Source of the DNA: an uncultured Actinomycetota bacterium
Lineage (GTDB): Bacteria; Actinomycetota; UBA4738; HRBIN12
Length of the DNA stretch: 64,000 bases
Direction of reading: 5' to 3'
NCBI GenBank assembly: GCA_963762015.1
Contig: CAVXJL010000013.1
Location: forward strand, 27,709-91,708
This document shows positions 49,281 through 60,705 of this stretch, one piece after another. Each line of letters starts with the position of its first letter. Position 1 is the stretch's first letter. Under the pieces are notes generated by a model. The model saw only the letters and a list, made by a program, of their open reading frames with translations. It searched no databases and had not been told where the DNA came from. The position numbers and the translations under genes are program-made.

Positions 49281-50225
49281 TCACGCGCGCACGCGGCGCC
49301 TGGCGCGAGGATGCGACTCGTCGTAGACCTCGCGCAGGTGCCTGGCGGTGACGAGCGTGTAGATCTGTGTGGTCGCGACGCTCGCGTGGCCGAGCAGCTC
49401 CTGCACGACCCGGACGTCCGCGCCCCTTTCCAGGAGATGCGTCGCGAAGGAATGACGCAGGGTGTGCAGGGTGACCCGCCGCTCGATCCCGGCGAGCCGC
49501 ACGTATCGACCGAGGATCCGCGCGCAGCTCTGGCGTGACAGGCGGTCGCCCCGCGCGTTCAGGAACACGGCGCCTCGGCTGCCCTCGGTGGCGAGCGCGG
49601 GGCGGCCGCAGGTCAGGTACGCACCCACCGCCTCCCGGCCGAACGAACCGAGCGGGACCTCCCTCTCCTTGCCCCCCTTCCCGAGGACACGGACGCTCCC
49701 CTCCTCCAGGTCGATGTCGTCCACGTCGAGTCCGGTGAGCTCCGAGATCCGCAGCCCCGAGCCGTAGAGCAGCTCGAGGATGGCTCGGTCCCTGATCCCG
49801 ATCGGAGTCTCCTCGTCCGGCGCCTCGAGGAGGCGCCGGACGTCTTCGAGGGGGATCGGCCGTGGCAAGGATCGAGGCAGCCGCGGCAGCGGCACGCCCG
49901 CGGCGGGGTCGAGGTCGGTCACTCCTTCCCTGAGGAGGAACCGATGGAACGACCGAACCGCAGACAGGGTCCGCGCGACCGAGCTGGCACGGTACGGGGC
50001 CTCGTCGGGACCGTGCGTCGATGCGGACAGCGAGGCGACGAAGGAGCGGATCGTCGCCTCCTCGACAGCTCCGGGCTCATGCAGATCTCTGCGCGTGAGA
50101 AACGCGACGTATCGGCGGAGATCCCTCCGGTATGCCGACAGCGTGTGCTCGGACAGCCCCCGCTCGACTGCCAGGTGGTCGAGGTAGCGCTCCGCCTCCA
50201 CCGCCAGCCCGGCCGCCACCGCCAC
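49281..50225 (-). CDS. xerD: tyrosine recombinase XerD
   Basis: N-terminal core-binding domain (ERGLSEHTLSAYRRDL). Catalytic R...HTLRHSFATHLLERGADVRVVQELLGHASVATTQIYT with Tyr. Start set at an internal GTG because the listed ORF carries an Arg-rich extension. Confidence 0.8.
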   Translation of the reverse strand: MAVAAGLAVEAERYLDHLAVERGLSEHTLSAYRRDLRRYVAFLTRRDLHEPGAVEEATIRSFVASLSASTHGPDEAPYRASSVARTLSAVRSFHRFLLREGVTDLDPAAGVPLPRLPRSLPRPIPLEDVRRLLEAPDEETPIGIRDRAILELLYGSGLRISELTGLDVDDIDLEEGSVRVLGKGGKEREVPLGSFGREAVGAYLTCGRPALATEGSRGAVFLNARGDRLSRQSCARILGRYVRLAGIERRVTLHTLRHSFATHLLERGADVRVVQELLGHASVATTQIYTLVTARHLREVYDESHPRARRRVRA

Positions 50226-50230
50226 GATCC

Positions 50231-51355
50231 TCAGCGGACCCCGTCGATCAGGCCATGGATCGGCACGTGATCGAGGCCATGTGCCTCGGCCACGCCTTCG
50301 TTGGTCACGACCCCGCCGTACACGTTCACCCCGCCGGCGAGCACACGATCCGCCCGCACCGCCGCTTCCAGACCTCCTCCGGCGATATCGAGGGCGTACG
50401 GGAGCGTCACGTTCGTGAGCGCGTAGGTCGAGGTGTTGGGAACCGCACCGGGCATGTTCCCGACGCAGTAGTGCACGACGTCGTGGACGGTGTAGGTCGG
50501 CTCCGAGTGCGTGGTCATCCTGGAGGTCGCCACGCATCCGCCCTGATCGATCGCGATGTCGACGATCACCGATCCCGGCCGCATCGACGCCACCATCTCC
50601 TCGGACACGATCACGGGTGCCTTCGCGCCGGGGAGCAGCACGCTCCCGATCACGGCGTCGGACTCACGTACCCGCTGCTCGAGTGTGAGCCTGTCCGACA
50701 TCAGCGTGACGATCCGTCCTTTGTGGATCTGGTCGATGAACCGGAGCTTGTCCAGGTTCTTGTCGACCACGGTCACCTCGGCCTCCATCCCCGCCGCGAT
50801 CCATGCCGCGTTCGCGCCGGCCATCCCGGCACCGAGCACGAGCACCTTCGCGGGCCGCACTCCCGATACGCCGCCCATCAACACGCCTCGGCCGCCCTGC
50901 TCTTTCTCCAGGAAGCGCGCGGCTTCGTGCGGGGCCATGCGGCCGGCGATCTCGCTCATCGGCGCGAGGAGGGGAAGGCGCCCGTCGGCGAGCTGCACGG
51001 TCTCGTAGGCCACCGCTTCGACCTTCCGCCGGATCAGCTCCTCTGTGAGCTCCCGATTCGCCGCGAGATGGAGATAGGTGAAGAGGATCTGTCCTTCCTG
51101 CATCAAGCCGAACTCCGAGGGCAGTGGCTCTTTCACCTTGAGGACCATGTCCGCCCCGCGCCACACGTCGTCGGCCGTCGAGGCGAACTGCGCCCCCGCC
51201 CGCTTGTATCGATCCTCGGACAGGCTCGAACCGACCCCGGCACCCTCCTGGATCAGCACCGTGTGCCCGGCATCCACCAGCTCGCGGACGCCTTCCGGCG
51301 TCGCGGCAACCCGGTACTCGTTGTCCTTGACCTCTTTCGGGATGCCGACGATCAC
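50231..51355 (-). CDS. ald: alanine dehydrogenase
   Basis: MIVGIPKEVKDNEYRVAATPEGVREL...; NAD-binding VLVLGAGMAGANAA; 374 aa. Confidence 0.9.
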   Translation of the reverse strand: MIVGIPKEVKDNEYRVAATPEGVRELVDAGHTVLIQEGAGVGSSLSEDRYKRAGAQFASTADDVWRGADMVLKVKEPLPSEFGLMQEGQILFTYLHLAANRELTEELIRRKVEAVAYETVQLADGRLPLLAPMSEIAGRMAPHEAARFLEKEQGGRGVLMGGVSGVRPAKVLVLGAGMAGANAAWIAAGMEAEVTVVDKNLDKLRFIDQIHKGRIVTLMSDRLTLEQRVRESDAVIGSVLLPGAKAPVIVSEEMVASMRPGSVIVDIAIDQGGCVATSRMTTHSEPTYTVHDVVHYCVGNMPGAVPNTSTYALTNVTLPYALDIAGGGLEAAVRADRVLAGGVNVYGGVVTNEGVAEAHGLDHVPIHGLIDGVR

Positions 51356-51427
51356 GCGTGCCCCTTCCCGCCTTCCGGCCGTCCTCCCGGACCTGCCTTC
51401 TGGACGCTCCTGGACTTGGGGGTCAGC

Positions 51428-51946
51428 CTACCCCGAGGGCATCCGTGCAGCGGCCAGGAGGAGAGCGAGCGCGGTTTTCGCGTCCTCGATCCGCCCCGAT
51501 CGGGCCTCGGACACCATCTCGTCGAAGGGCCGGCGAACGAGCTGGATGCCCTCCTCCGGCTCTCCCCGGGGCTCGGACTCGGTCCGGGCGAGGAAGAGGT
51601 GGACGTACTCGGTCCACGATCCCGGAGACGGGTAGATCCCCCCGAGCGAGGTGAGCGTGGTCTGACGGAAACCCGTCTCCTCGAGGAGCTCCCGGGCCAC
51701 GCACGCCTCCGGCTCTTCGCCTGGGATGTCCAGAAGACCGGCGGGGATCTCGAGGAGCTCCTTCCGGGCAGCGGCACGGAACTGACGCACGAGGAGCACG
51801 TCGCCCTCCGGCGTGACCGGGAGGGCAGCCGCGGCGTCCACCCTCCGCACCACTTCCCACAGGTTCTCAAGCTGAGGCCACTCCTCCTCGTCGACGCGGA
51901 GATGGCGGCCCTGGAGAAGGAGTTCGGAACGCTTCGGCTCAGGCAT
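51428..51946 (-). CDS. NUDIX hydrolase (ADP-ribose pyrophosphatase-like)
   Basis: Nudix box GLLDIPGEEPEACVARELLEETG; ATG 4 nt downstream of the pyrG stop. Confidence 0.8.
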   Translation of the reverse strand: MPEPKRSELLLQGRHLRVDEEEWPQLENLWEVVRRVDAAAALPVTPEGDVLLVRQFRAAARKELLEIPAGLLDIPGEEPEACVARELLEETGFRQTTLTSLGGIYPSPGSWTEYVHLFLARTESEPRGEPEEGIQLVRRPFDEMVSEARSGRIEDAKTALALLLAAARMPSG

Positions 51947-51950
51947 GCGG

Positions 51951-53624
<1,674 letters not shown>

Positions 53625-53645
53625 CTACGGTTTGGGTCGTCGATC

Positions 53646-54467
53646 TCAGTCCGGGGGTCGTCCGAGGCGGTCGAACCAGCGGAGCGGAGGAACGGCCTCG
53701 ATCGTCCGGGAGAAGGTGACGGTCTCCGCGAGCACGTTCAGGCCGATCACGATGAGCACGGCGGGGACCAGCCACACCTCCGGGAGCCGTCGGACGATCT
53801 CCGCGCCGGCGAGGAACCCGAGTAGGTTCGCCCCCGAGTCACCGAGCATGCCGCGCTCACGGAGATCCGGGATCAGCAGCACGGTCGCCGCTCCCGTGCA
53901 CACGAGCAGGAACGCCTTGAGGTCGACGACCAGGAGCACGACCGCCACCACGAGGAACCCCTTCAGCGCCCTGCCGGGCGTCACGTCGAGGCCGTTCCAG
54001 ATGTTCGTGCAGCCGGCGATCGCGATGATGGCGAGGAGGTTGGCCCACAAGTGGTCGCGGGGGGTCCACGCCACCGTGATGGCCGCGGCGAGGACGGCGG
54101 CCGCGAGCTTGAGCCCGCCCGTCGTGAGATGACCGTTCAGCAGCGCCCGGAGATGCCCACGTAAGCCCCGGACAGAGCCCCCGTACCCGTCGTCCATGAC
54201 CCCGGCCAGGAAGACGATGATCGCCCCGATGACCTCCCCTGTCTGCGAACCGCGGAGTCCGATCTCGTTCGCCTGATCCCACACGACGATGACCAGCGGG
54301 AGCAGCCCCGCGGCGAACGCCCACCCGAGCGTCACCGGGAGCACGTTCCCCTGCCGGTTCTCCTTCCGCCACCGTCGGCCCGCGCGGCGAACCAAGTGCC
54401 AGGCGATGGCGGCGATCACGAACCCCGCGCCGAAGGCGAGAACGCCGCCGAGACCCCACATCGTCAT
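53646..54467 (-). CDS. glycosyltransferase family 4 (MraY/WecA-like polyprenyl-phosphate sugar-1-phosphate transferase), short form
   Basis: Multi-TM with VMDDGYGG (DDxxG-like), NIWNGLDVTPG (NxxNxxDGxD-like) and MLGDSGANLLGF motifs; start at the MTMWGLGG Met. Confidence 0.55.
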   Translation of the reverse strand: MTMWGLGGVLAFGAGFVIAAIAWHLVRRAGRRWRKENRQGNVLPVTLGWAFAAGLLPLVIVVWDQANEIGLRGSQTGEVIGAIIVFLAGVMDDGYGGSVRGLRGHLRALLNGHLTTGGLKLAAAVLAAAITVAWTPRDHLWANLLAIIAIAGCTNIWNGLDVTPGRALKGFLVVAVVLLVVDLKAFLLVCTGAATVLLIPDLRERGMLGDSGANLLGFLAGAEIVRRLPEVWLVPAVLIVIGLNVLAETVTFSRTIEAVPPLRWFDRLGRPPD

Positions 54468-55156
54468 CTTCCGATGCGACCGCGAGGACGCGGGATCGCC
54501 CTCGCGGCCACGGCCGCGAGGATGTCGGCGCCCTGGCGGGCGCGGTGCGCGAACCCTCGCACGCCACGCCCGGTCGGGCGGTGGGAGAGCCCCTCGATCG
54601 GGATCTCGACGACGCGGAGGCCGGCCCGGACGGCGTCGATCGTCATCCCGACCTCGACCCCGAACCCCGGTGCCAGCGGGCGCACCGCCGCGAGCGCCGC
54701 GGCGGTGAGCGCCCGCTGGCCCGACAGCGGCTCGCGTGCCTCGAACCCACACGCGGCTCGGATCGACCGAGCCGCGGCCCTCTTCACCACCCCGAAGCCG
54801 CCTCCGGTGAGCTTCGGGAACGCGGCGACCGCGATGTCCGCCTTCCCCTCACGGACCGCGTCGAGGAGCGGAGCGAGGCGCGATGCCGTCCGTTCGAGAT
54901 CCGCGTCGACCAGAAGCCACACGGCAGCGGCGGGCAGCCGATCCAGCGCTTCCTCCAACGCCCGGCCCTTCCCGCGGCGGCGCGACGCCCGCAGCACCGT
55001 CGCCCCCTCGACGAGCGCAGCCGAGCTCGTTCCGTCACTCGAGCCGTCGTCCACCACCACGACCTCGTCGACCAAGCCGTTGAGCGCCGAGACCGTGGCG
55101 GCGATCCGAGCTGACTCGTCGTACGCGGCGACCAGCGCCACGACCTGCCGCTCCAT
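54464..55156 (-). CDS. glycosyltransferase family 2 (polyprenyl-phosphate sugar synthase-like, GtrB/DPM-type)
   Basis: VVALVAAYDESARI...VVVDDGSSDGT...LVDADLE (DxD) motifs; 230 aa; overlaps the GT4 gene start. Confidence 0.75.
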   Translation of the reverse strand: MERQVVALVAAYDESARIAATVSALNGLVDEVVVVDDGSSDGTSSAALVEGATVLRASRRRGKGRALEEALDRLPAAAVWLLVDADLERTASRLAPLLDAVREGKADIAVAAFPKLTGGGFGVVKRAAARSIRAACGFEAREPLSGQRALTAAALAAVRPLAPGFGVEVGMTIDAVRAGLRVVEIPIEGLSHRPTGRGVRGFAHRARQGADILAAVAARAIPRPRGRIGR

Positions 55157-56091
55157 CAGACGCGGCAGGACTCTGGCGGCTCGCCGGCGCCGGGCACGAT
55201 CGAGCTCCCTTCGATCCCGTAATCCCCTCCCGGCCGGACCTGGGGGTCGGCGTCGTTCAGGAAGCGGTCGATCGCCATCGCTAGTGTGATCCCACCGACC
55301 ACGAGGTCGATGTCGTCGACGGTCACCATCGAACAGTCCGGGATGCCGTTCGCTTCACGGATCGCGGTGACGAAGCCATATTCGTCTTCGGTCGGCCCCA
55401 CCGCCGCCGTCGTGACGTCCAGCCGCACGAGCCGTTCCGTGAAGGGAACCAGAAGGGCTTCCGGTTCGGGGAACCCGTCGGGCGGTGACCCTCCCCCGGC
55501 GATGACCACGAGCTGGCCGCCTCCGCCGATCCCCAGCAGCGCCTCGGGCTCGAGGTCACGGTCCGCGGTGACGAGCCCCTCCGCGAGCAGCTCTCCCAGT
55601 ACGTCATCCTCCTCGGAGAGGGCCCCCACCGCGAGGCGCACCGCGAGGGCGTCCGCGATCTCGTCCCGCAGCGCCTCCGCATCCGACCCGGGCACGCCCA
55701 GGATGCGTGCCAGGGCCGCCGCGTTCTCCACGATCTCGGGCTCTGCGAGATTTCGGGTCAGCTGGAAGGTCGCCAGGACTTCGACACCGGCCGCGGTGAG
55801 CTCGCCGACGGCCCGCTCTGACGGTCCGTCGACTCCCTCGAGAGACACGACGATGGCCTCTTCCCCCGCCAGGACGCCGTCTCGGAGCGTGGGCTGCATC
55901 CCGACCGCGAAGCGTTCGTAGAGGTTGGCGAGCGCCACCGCCGCGTCACGTTCCTGCCGGGTCTGTCGGTTGTTCCGTTCCAGCTCCCGGACGAATCGGT
56001 CGTCCAGGACCGAGGTCCCCGCCAGGATCCCCAGCCCGAACGCGAGCACGACGGCGACGAGCGAGACGACGTGATACCGCCACGAGATCAC
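55156..56091 (-). CDS. MctB-like (DUF3186) membrane-anchored protein
   Basis: Start (GTG) VISWRYHVVSLVAVVLAFGLGILAG matches the mycobacterial MctB N-terminus; same position as MctB between the SteA-like gene and pyrG. Confidence 0.6.
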   Translation of the reverse strand: MISWRYHVVSLVAVVLAFGLGILAGTSVLDDRFVRELERNNRQTRQERDAAVALANLYERFAVGMQPTLRDGVLAGEEAIVVSLEGVDGPSERAVGELTAAGVEVLATFQLTRNLAEPEIVENAAALARILGVPGSDAEALRDEIADALAVRLAVGALSEEDDVLGELLAEGLVTADRDLEPEALLGIGGGGQLVVIAGGGSPPDGFPEPEALLVPFTERLVRLDVTTAAVGPTEDEYGFVTAIREANGIPDCSMVTVDDIDLVVGGITLAMAIDRFLNDADPQVRPGGDYGIEGSSIVPGAGEPPESCRV

Positions 56092-57164
56092 GCGATCGAC
56101 CTCACCCACTCGACGAATCCGTCGATCGTCTGCACGAGATACAGCCGGAGCGCGGGTGACGCAGCGAGCATCAGACCGAACGACACGAGCACCGCCCCGA
56201 CCAGCAACACGACGTCGCGCGCTCGCGCCCTGCTCGGGTACAGCCGAGCCACGCCCTTGGCGTCCATCAGGATCTCCCCCACGCGGAGGCGAACCAGGAA
56301 AGTGGAGGACATCCCCGGCCGTCCCTTGTCCAGGAACTCTCGGAGATTGCCGTGGGTGCCGACGGCCACGATCAGCTCGGCCCGTCGCTCGTGCGCGAGG
56401 AGGAACGCGACGTCTTCGCTCGTACCCGCCGATCGCACCTCGACGTGCGGGATCCCCAGACGCTCGAGGCGTGCCCGCCCCGGCGCTCGGCCGTCGGGAT
56501 AGGCGTGCAGGACGATGTCCGTTCGCACCCGCCGCGGGCGCTGGATGAGCCCCAGAGCCCTGTCCGAGATGCTGTCCATGTCGCCGACCACGACATCCGG
56601 GCGATAACCGGCATCGAGCAGGGCGTCCGCCCCTCCGTCCACACCGACCAGCACGGGCTTGACGTCGCGGATGTAGGAGCGCAGGGCCGCGAGATCCTCC
56701 CGATAGCCGTAGCCGCGCACCACGACCAGCACGTGGCGCCCGGCGAGCGAGTGGCGAAGCTCGGGGAGGCCGGCGCCACCGAAGAGGAGATCACGCTCCT
56801 CTCGCATGTACTCGAGGGTGTTGCGTGCGAAGCCCTCGAAGCGCTCGTCCACGGCTTCGCGAGCCGACTCCATGTCTCGAAGGATCGAGATCCGATCCTG
56901 CCTGACTCCCACCGCGAGCAACCGGTCGCCGGCGAACAAGCGGTCGTCCTCCAGGCGCACCGGATCCCCCTCCCGCACCTTCTGCAGTACCAGCGGCCCC
57001 ACGCGGTCGATGAGAGGGATCCCTGCCTCCTCGAGGATCTTAGGTCCGAGGTTCGGATAGCGACCGCTTATCGAGGGGGCGGCGTTCACGACGGCACCCA
57101 CCCCGGCGCGAACGAGCGCCTCGGCGGCGACACGGTCGAGGTCCTCATGGTCGATCACCGCCAC
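56088..57164 (-). CDS. SteA-like / thiamine-pyrophosphokinase-like domain protein (homolog of the conserved gene between recN and mctB)
   Basis: Synteny plus length (358 aa); DMDSISD and GTHGNLREF segments; C-terminal TM. Confidence 0.55.
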   Translation of the reverse strand: MAVIDHEDLDRVAAEALVRAGVGAVVNAAPSISGRYPNLGPKILEEAGIPLIDRVGPLVLQKVREGDPVRLEDDRLFAGDRLLAVGVRQDRISILRDMESAREAVDERFEGFARNTLEYMREERDLLFGGAGLPELRHSLAGRHVLVVVRGYGYREDLAALRSYIRDVKPVLVGVDGGADALLDAGYRPDVVVGDMDSISDRALGLIQRPRRVRTDIVLHAYPDGRAPGRARLERLGIPHVEVRSAGTSEDVAFLLAHERRAELIVAVGTHGNLREFLDKGRPGMSSTFLVRLRVGEILMDAKGVARLYPSRARARDVVLLVGAVLVSFGLMLAASPALRLYLVQTIDGFVEWVRSIA

Positions 57165-57350
57165 GTCCCCCGGCTGTATCCGGGAGACGAGCTCCTTCGT
57201 GCGGCGGTCGACCCGCGCCCTGCCCCCCGCCTGACCGCGTGGACGGGTCGTGCGGAGCCGAAGCAGCTTGGAGGCCAGTTCGTCCCTTCCCCGGCCCGGG
57301 ACCGTCCCCGGCCGTGCCTCGAGTGATTCGAGGGTAGCCGAGAGCAGGGC

Positions 57351-59057
57351 TCAGGTAACGGCGCGGGCCCTTCCGAGCTCCGCGGTCTCCGCTCGGAGCC
57401 GATCGGCTTCGCCGAGGAGCTCTTCCGCGTGGGAGACGGCGCTCTCGCTCCCCGCGAGCCCGGCCAGCATCCGTGAGAGCTCCTCGGTTCGACCGGCCCC
57501 GTCGAGGAGGTCCACCGAAGCGGTCCCTCCTTCCTTGGTCACCCGGAGGTGCCTGTCCGCGAAGCAGGCGATCTGCGGCAGGTGGGTCACTACGAGCACC
57601 TGTCGGCCGGACGCCAGCCGGGCGAGACGACGTCCCACCGCCAGACCGGCTTGGCCACCGATGCCCGCATCGACCTCGTCGAACACCAGGGTCCCCACCT
57701 CGTCGAGATCCGCGAGGACGCTCCGGCAGGCGAGCATCACCCGAGAGAGCTCGCCGCCCGAGGCGGCCTTGGCGAGCGCGCGCACCGGCTGACCGGGCGA
57801 GGGCGAGAACCACAGCTCGACGCGCTCGGAGCCCGCCGGTCCCGGCTCCTCGGTCGGGACCAGACGGACCTCGAAGGCGGCCCCCGGCATCCCGAGCTCC
57901 TCGAGCTCCGCGCGGACCGAAACTTCCAGCGCACCTGAGGCCGCCGTGCGTCCGGCGGTCACGGTGGCTGCACGGTCACGGGTCTGCTCCGTCAAGGTCG
58001 CGACCTCGGTCTCCAACTCCGCGATCCGATCGTCGGCGCCCGCCAGGGTCCGGAGCCGCTCGGACGCCTCGGCGAGGAACGCCGAGACGTCGGCGTCGGA
58101 CGGGCCGTACTTCCGCTGGAGCTGCTTGAGCGCGGCGATCCTCTCCCGGATCTCCTGCAGCCGTTCGGGATCGGGGAGCAACGCCTCACCGTAGGCGCGG
58201 ACGTCTCGCGCCAGCTCGGAGGTCTCGGCAGCGACGGCGCGAGCCCGCTGGGCAACCTCGACGGCCGTCGGGTCGAGCTCGGCCGCCGCCTCCAGCACGG
58301 ATGCGAGCGACGCCGCCGCGTCCGCGATGCCGTCCTCACCGGTCAGTGAGTGCTCGGCCGACGATGCCTGCTCCATCAGCCGCTCGACGTGCGAGAGCCG
58401 GCCTTCCTCCGTGGTGAGCTCCTCGGTCTCTCCGTCCTGGGGACCGACGGCCTCGATCTCGTTGACCTGATACGCGAGGAGATCCAGCTCTCGCTCGCGT
58501 CCTCGCGCCGCCTCACGTAACGCCTCGAGCTCCGCGCGGCTCGCGCGCAGCCGGTCGTGCGCCTCCCGGTAAACACCCAGGGCCACGAGATGCACGTCGC
58601 CCGCGAACCGATCGAGGAACGCCGTCTGGGCGGCGGGCGCGAGTAACCGCTGGGTCTGTCCTTGCCCGTGGTGCTCGACGAGGCCCTCGCCGAGCTCGGC
58701 GAGGGCCGACGCGGTCGCGAGTTGACCGCCGATGCGCGCGGTCGATCGCCCGTCCCGGGCGATCGACCGCGCCAAGATCACCTCGCCGTCCTCTGCCCAC
58801 TCCCCAGCCTGGTCCGTGGCGTCGAAGCGCGCCTGCACCCGGGCGGCTCGCGCTCCGTCGCGGACGAGCGAGGCCGAGCCTCGTTCTCCCAGCGCCAGCA
58901 GGAGCCCGACGGTCACCATCGTCTTGCCGGCACCCGTCTCGCCGGTCAGCACGTTCAGACCAGGCCCCAGCTCGAGCTCGAGGTCTGCGATCACCCCGAG
59001 CCCGCTGATGTGGAGCTCCCGCAGCACGGCGCGGATGCTAGCGTCGCCCCCTGACAC
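57351..59057 (-). CDS. recN: DNA repair protein RecN
   Basis: Walker A GETGAGKT near the N-terminus; long coiled-coil; C-terminal signature/Walker B (LVFDEVDAGIGG); 568 aa. Confidence 0.9.
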   Translation of the reverse strand: MSGGDASIRAVLRELHISGLGVIADLELELGPGLNVLTGETGAGKTMVTVGLLLALGERGSASLVRDGARAARVQARFDATDQAGEWAEDGEVILARSIARDGRSTARIGGQLATASALAELGEGLVEHHGQGQTQRLLAPAAQTAFLDRFAGDVHLVALGVYREAHDRLRASRAELEALREAARGRERELDLLAYQVNEIEAVGPQDGETEELTTEEGRLSHVERLMEQASSAEHSLTGEDGIADAAASLASVLEAAAELDPTAVEVAQRARAVAAETSELARDVRAYGEALLPDPERLQEIRERIAALKQLQRKYGPSDADVSAFLAEASERLRTLAGADDRIAELETEVATLTEQTRDRAATVTAGRTAASGALEVSVRAELEELGMPGAAFEVRLVPTEEPGPAGSERVELWFSPSPGQPVRALAKAASGGELSRVMLACRSVLADLDEVGTLVFDEVDAGIGGQAGLAVGRRLARLASGRQVLVVTHLPQIACFADRHLRVTKEGGTASVDLLDGAGRTEELSRMLAGLAGSESAVSHAEELLGEADRLRAETAELGRARAVT

Positions 59058-59898
59058 CCGCTCCCCCGACGTCCGGCGGATCCCCGGGCAGGTCGAACTT
59101 GTCGCGGACCCGCGCGAGGAACCCCGGCCCGTTCTCCTTCGCCACCAGCCGCGCGGGTCGCGGTGCCGCGCGGATCCGAACCCTCGAGCCGACCGGCAGC
59201 TCGAGCCCCTCCCGGCCGTCGGCGGAGACGACAGCCGGTTCGTCCCCGACCACCTCGAGGACCACCACCTGCTCCGCCCCGAGCACGAAGGATCGGTCGA
59301 ACACCATGTGCGCGGCGATCGGCGTGAGGACCAGGCACGCCACGCTGGGACTCACGATCGGACCGCGCGCCGAGAAGGAGTACGCGGTGGATCCCGTCGG
59401 CGTCGCCACGATGACGCCGTCGGCCGAGAACGTGGTCACGTACTCGCCGTCGACGTGGACGGCGAGCCGCACCAGGCGGTGGCGGGTCCACTTCTCGACC
59501 ATGATCTCGTTCATCGCCCACTGGGTGGGGAACGAGGTGCCTTCGGCCGGCTCCGCCATCACCGCGAGTCGTTCCTCGACCCGCGTTCTGCCTTCGAGCG
59601 CGGCTCGCACGAGCTCCAACGCATCCGGGCCGGGCTCGATCTCGGTCAGGAACCCGAGCCGTCCCACCTTGACACCCAGCACCGGGCAGTCCACCTCGGC
59701 TGCGACACGCGCGGCTCGAAGGAACGTGCCGTCCCCGCCGACCGACAGCACCAGATCGGGAGGGTCGTCGCGAACATCCTCGGGGCCTCTCGCGAGCCCG
59801 GTCGCGACGCCTTCGGCTTCGAGGTCGTGCCGGAGCTTCTCGGCCGTCTCGACCGCGGTCGGTCGGCCTTGGTGCACGACGAACGCCACCCGGCTCAT
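59038..59898 (-). CDS. nadK: NAD kinase
   Basis: GGDGTFL motif; NEIMVEK; DGVIVATPTGSTAYSFSARGP; start at the MSRVAF Met, overlapping the tlyA stop (ATGA). Confidence 0.85.
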   Translation of the reverse strand: MSRVAFVVHQGRPTAVETAEKLRHDLEAEGVATGLARGPEDVRDDPPDLVLSVGGDGTFLRAARVAAEVDCPVLGVKVGRLGFLTEIEPGPDALELVRAALEGRTRVEERLAVMAEPAEGTSFPTQWAMNEIMVEKWTRHRLVRLAVHVDGEYVTTFSADGVIVATPTGSTAYSFSARGPIVSPSVACLVLTPIAAHMVFDRSFVLGAEQVVVLEVVGDEPAVVSADGREGLELPVGSRVRIRAAPRPARLVAKENGPGFLARVRDKFDLPGDPPDVGGAGVRGRR

Positions 59899-60692
59899 GA
59901 GGCCACCACGTGCTCCGCTGCCTCGATCGCGCCGCCGATGTCGAGGGAGCTCCCCTCTCCCGCTGCCCTGGCATGCAGGAGGAACTCGACATTGCCGGCG
60001 GGTCCCTTCACGGGCGAGGCGATCACTGCCAGGGTCGCGGCGCCCGCGCCACGGGTCGCTTCGGCGACCTCCTCGATCGTCCGCCGCCACCCGCCCGGAT
60101 CTCGGACCACGCCGCCACGCTCCACCTGCTCTCGCCCGACCTCGAACTGCGGCTTGATGAGGAGCACCAGATCTGCGAGGTGCTCGGCCACGCCGACGAG
60201 CGGGCCCACGACCAGGCGGAGGGAGATGAACGACATATCCGCCGTCACGAGGGACGGCCGGTACGGGAGCAGGTCGGGACTGAGCTCGCGCACGTTCGTC
60301 TTGTCCATGATCGTCACGCGAGGGTCGGTTCGGAGCTCCCACGCGAGCTGGCCGTAGCCGACGTCCAGAGCGACGACGTGGCGCGCTCCACGCTGCAGGA
60401 GACAGTCGGTGAATCCTCCGGTGGATGCCCCGGCGTCGAGACAGTCACGTCCGGTGGGATCGATCGCGAACGCGTCGAGCGCGGCGGCGAGCTTGTCTCC
60501 GCCTCGAGAGACGTAGCCGCGCGTCGGCGCGCCGACGACGAGCGCCTCGTCCGTTCCCACGAGCGTGGTGCTCTTCGTTGCCGGCGCACCCCGCACGGTC
60601 ACATGCCCCGCCCGGACCGCCTCTTGCGCTTCCGCCCGGCTGCCGGCGAGCCCGCGGCGCACCAGCTCGGCGTCGAGGGGGCGGCGGCCCAC
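59895..60692 (-). CDS. tlyA: TlyA family rRNA (cytidine-2'-O)-methyltransferase
   Basis: S4 domain (RLDAELVRRGLAGSRAEAQE) plus FtsJ-like MTase (CLDAGASTGGFTDCLLQRGARHVVALDVG). Confidence 0.9.
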   Translation of the reverse strand: MGRRPLDAELVRRGLAGSRAEAQEAVRAGHVTVRGAPATKSTTLVGTDEALVVGAPTRGYVSRGGDKLAAALDAFAIDPTGRDCLDAGASTGGFTDCLLQRGARHVVALDVGYGQLAWELRTDPRVTIMDKTNVRELSPDLLPYRPSLVTADMSFISLRLVVGPLVGVAEHLADLVLLIKPQFEVGREQVERGGVVRDPGGWRRTIEEVAEATRGAGAATLAVIASPVKGPAGNVEFLLHARAAGEGSSLDIGGAIEAAEHVVAS

Positions 60693-60705
60693 GGGGTCGC
60701 CCCTT

